Shown here one piece after another: positions 58,446 to 64,000 of a stretch of DNA of 64,000 bases. Both the position numbers and the translations under genes were made by a program. Source of the stretch: Sedimentisphaeraceae bacterium JB056. Lineage in GTDB: Bacteria > Planctomycetota > Phycisphaerae > Sedimentisphaerales > Sedimentisphaeraceae. The stretch covers positions 128,001 to 192,000 of the forward strand of contig JBITAJ010000029.1 in NCBI GenBank assembly GCA_044440125.1, given 5' to 3'. Numbering within the stretch: position 1 is the first letter of the stretch; every line of letters starts with the position of its first letter. Under the pieces are notes generated by a model. The model did no database searches. It saw only the letters and a list, made by a program, of their open reading frames with translations, and was not told where the DNA came from.

Positions 58446-59230
58446 TTAAATCAAAACTCAAAAGCGGCCGGCCAGTACTGGTAAACAAGAGCAATTTTCA
58501 TAATCCTTCAATGGTTGAATTAATCGGATTGATGGGTTTTGACTGTTTATGGTTGTGTAACGAACATATAGCCGTTGACCAATCATTGATGGCATCTATG
58601 CTTCAGGCATGCCGTGCTTCGGGGATGGATTGCGTTGTAAGAGTGGGGCAGGATTGCTACGCCGATATAATGCGATTTCTCGAACTCGGCGCCAACGGTT
58701 TGATGCTTCCTCATATAACTGATGCTGCTTCGCTGGAGAAAGTTATTGATGTTGCAAAATTTCCTCCGCTGGGACATCGCGGCATAGATGCGGTCAGTGC
58801 TGACGCTGATTTCGGTATGATGCCGCTGGCCGATTATCTGAAGTTTGCAAATGAGCAGACCTTTATCGTTGCCCAAATAGAGGATGTTACCGGTCTGAAT
58901 AATATTGAAGAAATAGCAGCGGTTAAAGGAGTCGATGTCATATTTATTGGTCCTGCCGATCTTTCTCTGAATATGGGAATTCCCGGTCAGCTTAAGCACC
59001 CTGATATTATTGACGCTATTAAACGTGCCGTCAAGGTTTGCCGCAATAACAATATAACCTGCGGAACTCCCGGTCTTGACCCAGATCATAGCAAAATGCT
59101 GCTTGATATGGGAGTAGGATATATAACCGGAGCTTCAGACTATGGCATTCTGGTAAGAGGCTTCAGGGAAGCCAGAGAAAAATACAGAGCGATCGGTTTT
59201 GATTTCAGGGATGAAGGCAGAAAATACTAA
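58430..59230 (+). CDS. HpcH/HpaI class II pyruvate aldolase family
   Basis: GFDCLWLCNEH, VVRV, PPLGHRG, AQIED, FIGPADLS. Confidence 0.92.
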   Translation: MPASIVKSKLKSGRPVLVNKSNFHNPSMVELIGLMGFDCLWLCNEHIAVDQSLMASMLQACRASGMDCVVRVGQDCYADIMRFLELGANGLMLPHITDAASLEKVIDVAKFPPLGHRGIDAVSADADFGMMPLADYLKFANEQTFIVAQIEDVTGLNNIEEIAAVKGVDVIFIGPADLSLNMGIPGQLKHPDIIDAIKRAVKVCRNNNITCGTPGLDPDHSKMLLDMGVGYITGASDYGILVRGFREAREKYRAIGFDFRDEGRKY

Positions 59231-59285
59231 GCGTTATATAATTTGAATTTAAGCTTCAATTGATTTTGATACGAAAGAGTTTGTA

Positions 59286-60641
59286 ATGAGTTTTAATTCT
59301 GATTTTGTATGGGGTGCGGCAGCGGCAGCTTACCAGGTTGAAGGTGCGGCCTTTGAAGATGGTAAAGGCTGGAGTGTATGGGACATGATGTGCCGTAAAG
59401 AAGGTGCCATATTTCAAGGGCAGAAGGGTGATGTAGCCTGCGACCATTATCATCTTTATAAGAAAGATGTATCTTTGATGAAAGAAATAGGTCTCAAAGG
59501 TTACAGGATGTCCCTTTCTTGGCCGCGAATCATGCCTGATGGTGTTGGCAGAGTAAATGAAAAGGGACTTGATTTCTATGACAGACTTATAGATGAACTT
59601 TTAGAAAACGGAATTAAACCCTTTGTAACATTATTTCACTGGGATTATCCTTATGAGCTTTTTGTAAGGGGTGGCTGGTTGAATCCACAAAGCTCTGATT
59701 GGTTCCGTGATTATACGAAAATAGTTGTAGAGAGGCTATCTGACAGAGTAACAGACTGGATGACTCTTAATGAACCTCAGTGTTTTATAGGTGCTGGACA
59801 TTTAGGCGGCCACCATGCTCCAGGTATTAAGCTTGGCATCAGAGAGGTTCTTCTTGCCGGTCATAATGCTCTGCTTGCACATGGAAAAGCCGTTCAAACT
59901 ATAAGACAGTATGCTCATAAAAAAGCCAATATCGGTTACGCGCCGGTAGGTGTCGTAAAAATTCCTGACGATCCATCCTCTCAAAACGATATTGAAGCCG
60001 CCAGAAAATCGATGTTCACTGTCGATAATAAGAATTGCTGGAACAATACATGGTGGATGGATCCGGTTTTCTTTGGCAGTTACCCTGAGGATGGACTTAA
60101 ATTGTATGGGGATTGTGTTCCTTCGTACAGTGATTCTGACATGGCAATAATAAGTGAGCCGGTAGACTTTACCGGTGCCAATATCTATAACGGACGTGAA
60201 ACATACGCAGATGAAAACGGCGAACCCAAAGAAGCTCATAGAAAAGATGGCTACCCGTACTCTGCACTGAAATGGGCTGTTGCGCCTGAATCATTATATT
60301 GGGGGCCAAAATTCTTCTATGAAAGATACGGCAAACCGATTGTGATAACGGAAAACGGGCTTGCAAATATAGACTGGATAGCAAAAGATGGTGCGGTTCA
60401 TGACCCCCAGAGAATAGATTTTATGGCTTGCTATCTTGCTTCTCTAAAGAGGGCGGCTAAGGACGGCGTTGATATTAAAGGATATTTTCACTGGTCTTTT
60501 ACTGATAATTTTGAATGGGCAGAGGGATTTTCCGTACGAATGGGTCTTGTATATGTTGATTATGTTACTCAGCAGAGAACGGTCAAGGATTCAGGCTTCT
60601 GGTATAAGACAGTAATAGATAATAACGGAGAGGATCTCTAA
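59286..60641 (+). CDS. GH1 beta-glucosidase
   Basis: FVWGAAAAAYQVEG, TLNEP acid/base, ITENG nucleophile, DNFEWAEG. Confidence 0.97.
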   Translation: MSFNSDFVWGAAAAAYQVEGAAFEDGKGWSVWDMMCRKEGAIFQGQKGDVACDHYHLYKKDVSLMKEIGLKGYRMSLSWPRIMPDGVGRVNEKGLDFYDRLIDELLENGIKPFVTLFHWDYPYELFVRGGWLNPQSSDWFRDYTKIVVERLSDRVTDWMTLNEPQCFIGAGHLGGHHAPGIKLGIREVLLAGHNALLAHGKAVQTIRQYAHKKANIGYAPVGVVKIPDDPSSQNDIEAARKSMFTVDNKNCWNNTWWMDPVFFGSYPEDGLKLYGDCVPSYSDSDMAIISEPVDFTGANIYNGRETYADENGEPKEAHRKDGYPYSALKWAVAPESLYWGPKFFYERYGKPIVITENGLANIDWIAKDGAVHDPQRIDFMACYLASLKRAAKDGVDIKGYFHWSFTDNFEWAEGFSVRMGLVYVDYVTQQRTVKDSGFWYKTVIDNNGEDL

Positions 60642-60651
60642 AGAGTGTGTT

Positions 60652-62127
60652 ATGTCAAGTAATATACGAATAGCAGTGATTACTGATATACATTTCTCTG
60701 CCTTTCAGTCAGGTAAAAGGTTGGGGCAGTATGGAGATGTCTTTTTATTGCGTATCGTGAACAGGCTCAACCGGTTCATCAAACCTGATATTGTTATTGT
60801 TCTTGGGGATATTATTGATAACGCTGAGGAAACGGATATTGGTCAACGCTATAAAATAATTCGTAATATTCTTGATAAACTTAAATGCCCGTATATAGTA
60901 ATTCCGGGCAATCATGATATTGCCCCCGACGCTTTTTACGATTATTTTAATGCTCCCGAATTAGTAACGCAATGCAAGGGATACGGTTTTGTTTCGTTTC
61001 CGTACGATATTGAGACACCGGGCTATAATGCTTTCAGGGCTAATGATCAAATAGATCTTATGGCTTATTCGAGAACGAAATTTGGCGGGCCGCTGATCGT
61101 GATTCAGCATGTTCCGGTTGCACCTGCTGAAAAAGCGCCTTGCTATAATTACGTCAACAGCGAGCAGATAATAAACAGCATGCGGGATAACGGCATTTTT
61201 CTGAGCATAAGCGGACATTATCATCCCGGTTATGAACTCTATGGATATAATTCAATGAATTTTGTCTCAGTTGCTTCTCTGTGTGAAGAGCCTTTCAATT
61301 TCTGGTTGCTTGATATTGAAGATGAAAAAGTCTCCGTTGACAAACATCAATTGAAAATACCCGGAAAATACCGGCTTTATGATAATCACACTCATACGCA
61401 GTTTGCATATTGTGGTGAAAATGTGTCGATGTCGGCTAATTTGGAATTGGCAGATGTTTTTGGGCTTGAAGGCCTGTGCTTTTCCGAGCATTCGGGGCAG
61501 CTCTATCAGAGACAGGAGTTGTGGAATAAGCTTGATTTTTTCCATTACGGTTTAGAAAATTGCAAAGATGTTAGGCGTCAATCAGTATCCGATTATATCA
61601 ATGAGGCATGCAGTGTAGGTATGAATAAAGAATTTATCGCTCTGGAAGTCGATATCGATGCCAATGGAGAGCTTGTGCTTTTTGATGAAGATAGAGAAAA
61701 AGCCGGTTTTTTAATTGGAGCCGTGCACTATCTTAAAGAGGCGTCAAAAAAGAATGTTGACTATAAAGAGATATGTAATGAGTTTATGCATCAGACACAA
61801 AAGCTTCTCGAACTTGAGATCAATATTCTTGCTCATCCGTTCAGAGTGTTTAGAAGAAACGCAATGGAACCTGATCAGGAACTTTTTGATAAAATGGTGA
61901 AGATGCTTTCCATGTATGACACTGCGGTGGAGATAAATTTTCATACTAATGATCCGCCGCTTGCCTTTTTCCGGAAATGTCTCGACGCAGGCATAAAAAT
62001 ATCCTTGGGTTCTGATGCACACAATTTATATGAGATAGGAGAGTTTTACCCTCACATTGAATTGTTGAAGAAAGCCGGCTGCAACGGTAACTTTTCGAAT
62101 ATGCTAACTCCCTGCTCAATGCGGTAA
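60652..62127 (+). CDS. Calcineurin-like metallophosphoesterase + PHP domain fusion
   Basis: N-half DIH, GD, GNHD, GHYH; C-half DNHTHT, SEH, AHP, GSDAH. Confidence 0.85.
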   Translation: MSSNIRIAVITDIHFSAFQSGKRLGQYGDVFLLRIVNRLNRFIKPDIVIVLGDIIDNAEETDIGQRYKIIRNILDKLKCPYIVIPGNHDIAPDAFYDYFNAPELVTQCKGYGFVSFPYDIETPGYNAFRANDQIDLMAYSRTKFGGPLIVIQHVPVAPAEKAPCYNYVNSEQIINSMRDNGIFLSISGHYHPGYELYGYNSMNFVSVASLCEEPFNFWLLDIEDEKVSVDKHQLKIPGKYRLYDNHTHTQFAYCGENVSMSANLELADVFGLEGLCFSEHSGQLYQRQELWNKLDFFHYGLENCKDVRRQSVSDYINEACSVGMNKEFIALEVDIDANGELVLFDEDREKAGFLIGAVHYLKEASKKNVDYKEICNEFMHQTQKLLELEINILAHPFRVFRRNAMEPDQELFDKMVKMLSMYDTAVEINFHTNDPPLAFFRKCLDAGIKISLGSDAHNLYEIGEFYPHIELLKKAGCNGNFSNMLTPCSMR

Positions 62128-62131
62128 TTAT

Positions 62132-63025
62132 GTGATTATGGAACATCAGATTATAAATTATAACAGCAGTATTGACGGATCCGTGCAAAGTGCCCTGGGT
62201 TATTTTGCTCAAGGCAGCGAGGCGCGTCCGCTTCTGGTCGCTCTTCACGAATGGAGTTCTGATTATACTCAGGCTTTAGAAAAGAGAGAGTACATTGAGT
62301 TCTGCAGGGCGAATGATTGGCATTTTATTCACCCGGATTTCAGGGGCCCCAATAATAATCCGATGGCTACAGGTTCAAAGGAAGCTGTACGAGATATTAT
62401 AGATGCGGTTGAATTTGTAAAAGATAATCATAGTGTTGATGATCGTGCTGTCTTTCTTGTAGGAGTTTCTGGCGGCGGCTATACCGCTCTGATGACTCTC
62501 TCGCAATATCCTGATATCTGGTCCGCTGTTTCGGTATGGGTTCCTATTGTTGACCTTGCCAGATGGTATGAACAATGCAGGGCCCGTGGTCTTGCAAAAT
62601 ATTGTAAAGACATAGAGCTTTCTTGCGGCGGAGTTCCCGAAAAAGAAGGCCATGCTTTTGCTGAAGCTCAAAAGCGTTCTCCCATAAATTATTTGAGGCA
62701 AATACCGGGACTTGATATCGATATAAATGCCGGAATTAATGACGGGCATATCGGCAGTGTTCCGATAGAGCATTCTTTTAGAGCCTTTAATGCTATTGTC
62801 GATGAAATCGACAGGGTTCCCGACAATGAGATTTCTGAATTTGTATCGAAAAAACGGGTTCCGGATTGTCTTAAAGGAAATTACATAGATGATGCCTACG
62901 GGGTCAATAAAGTGTTGTTTAGACGAATTTCAAAAAAGGTCCGTTTAACGATATTTGACGGCGGACATGAAATATTATTCAAACCTGTTTTTAATTGGCT
63001 CAAAATGCAGTTGGATCTGGTATGA
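62132..63025 (+). CDS. Alpha/beta hydrolase (S9-like esterase)
   Basis: LLVALHEWS, GVSGGG nucleophile elbow, terminal GGHE. Confidence 0.85.
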   Translation: MIMEHQIINYNSSIDGSVQSALGYFAQGSEARPLLVALHEWSSDYTQALEKREYIEFCRANDWHFIHPDFRGPNNNPMATGSKEAVRDIIDAVEFVKDNHSVDDRAVFLVGVSGGGYTALMTLSQYPDIWSAVSVWVPIVDLARWYEQCRARGLAKYCKDIELSCGGVPEKEGHAFAEAQKRSPINYLRQIPGLDIDINAGINDGHIGSVPIEHSFRAFNAIVDEIDRVPDNEISEFVSKKRVPDCLKGNYIDDAYGVNKVLFRRISKKVRLTIFDGGHEILFKPVFNWLKMQLDLV

Positions 63026-63094
63026 ATAAGGAAATTGTAAATGAATATTAGAGAAGAGAAAATTGATATTGATTATTTTAAACGGAGTAAGCAA

Positions 63095-64000
63095 GTGATC
63101 CTTAATAATTTAAAAAATATTGTATTTTTATTATGTGTATCTGGCGGATTGATTTATGCGGATGATACCTCGTATACGGCCGCTTTGGAACAATGGCCTA
63201 CCGAGTGTTATGCCGTTTGGGCGCCGAATCCCGATGCTCCCGAACAGTCGGCCGTAGTTACCGAAACCGACTGGCTGAGGGTGCATTACGGACATTGGGG
63301 AGTTCCCGGCGTACGTCATATAATTAATTCTGCCGCGGCAGGCGGAATCAGGACATTGTGGTGGCGAACCAGTGCAGGCGGAGGTCTTATGTATCCTACC
63401 GATGTTCAAGAGGCAATGATAGATGAAAGTCCCGAATGGTCTTACCAGAAATGGGACCCCTTTGAGTATGCTGTTGAATATGCCCATACTCTTGGTATGA
63501 AGATATACGCATGGTATTGCCCTTTGGAGGAATCGCATTCATTTCTTGATAATAACAGAAGCAGATTCGCTGATATTCATCCAGAGTTATCCAGTTTTGA
63601 TATTGAAGGTAAGCCTTTGAATGTTCCAAGTTACTATTACAAAGAATACAGGGACTACAAACTTTCGATTACCAATGAATTGCTCAATAATTGGAACCTT
63701 GACGGTATAGTGCTTGATTTTGAAAGAAAAGGGGCGCCGTGGAGAGACAACAGGTATGATTATCTGCCTGAGATCGTTGAACAGTTCAAAGAACAGACGG
63801 GTAAAGACCCTTACAATATCCCTGCCGATGACGAAGAATGGTGCAAGTTCAGAGCACAGTATTTCGAGAAGTTCGTTGATTCATTAAAGGATCAAATTGA
63901 TCGCTTAGAACGGCCGTTTTCTCTCGTGCTTATGGGAACCAAAGGCAGTGAGGCGACTGCCAGCACGCAATTGGCCAGGCTTACCGCTCAAAGATGTGAT
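63095..64000 (+). CDS. GHL10 (DUF187)-like glycoside hydrolase, runs off window
   Basis: Not in ORF track. Frame open from ATG 63041 (GTG 63095 after GGAG likelier) to window end: WDPFEYAVEYAHTLGMKIYAW...HPEL...WNLDGIVLDFER. Confidence 0.7.
   Translation, partial: MILNNLKNIVFLLCVSGGLIYADDTSYTAALEQWPTECYAVWAPNPDAPEQSAVVTETDWLRVHYGHWGVPGVRHIINSAAAGGIRTLWWRTSAGGGLMYPTDVQEAMIDESPEWSYQKWDPFEYAVEYAHTLGMKIYAWYCPLEESHSFLDNNRSRFADIHPELSSFDIEGKPLNVPSYYYKEYRDYKLSITNELLNNWNLDGIVLDFERKGAPWRDNRYDYLPEIVEQFKEQTGKDPYNIPADDEEWCKFRAQYFEKFVDSLKDQIDRLERPFSLVLMGTKGSEATASTQLARLTAQRCD

Overview
Bacterial chromosomal window, most likely from a planctomycete of class Phycisphaerae (Sedimentisphaerales-like). This is inferred from the DUF4190/H-X9-DG and prepilin-like proteins, dockerin-like FG-GAP proteins, the FlgI-HEAT gene next to smc, and the lack of rpmD. 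Layout: (1) 1-2.0 kb, membrane/secreted hypothetical genes; (2) 2.6-18.2 kb, the S10-spc-alpha ribosomal protein superoperon (rpsJ to rplQ plus a HIT gene), without rpmD or rpsD; (3) 18.3-27.5 kb on the minus strand, comF-like, an M16 peptidase pair, smc and an FlgI-like/HEAT lipoprotein; (4) 27.6-30.2 kb, a repeat-rich variable spot with an HNH nuclease and a chimeric, truncated RhuM-like gene between nested inverted short-period repeats; (5) glmM, a degenerate GlmU-like gene and tRNA-Arg(UCG); (6) 33.5-64 kb, an accessory carbohydrate-catabolic locus with two GntR regulators with readable candidate operators, a ~430-bp direct duplication enclosing IS5/IS110 remnants and a sulfatase, and many uncharacterised enzymes. 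The most striking observation is that uL22 (rplV) carries an in-frame N-terminal ~68-aa Cro/C1 (XRE)-type helix-turn-helix-like domain, and the promoter/leader of its own operon contains perfect palindromes that could be its operators. All assignments come from reading motifs by eye; no database searches were run.
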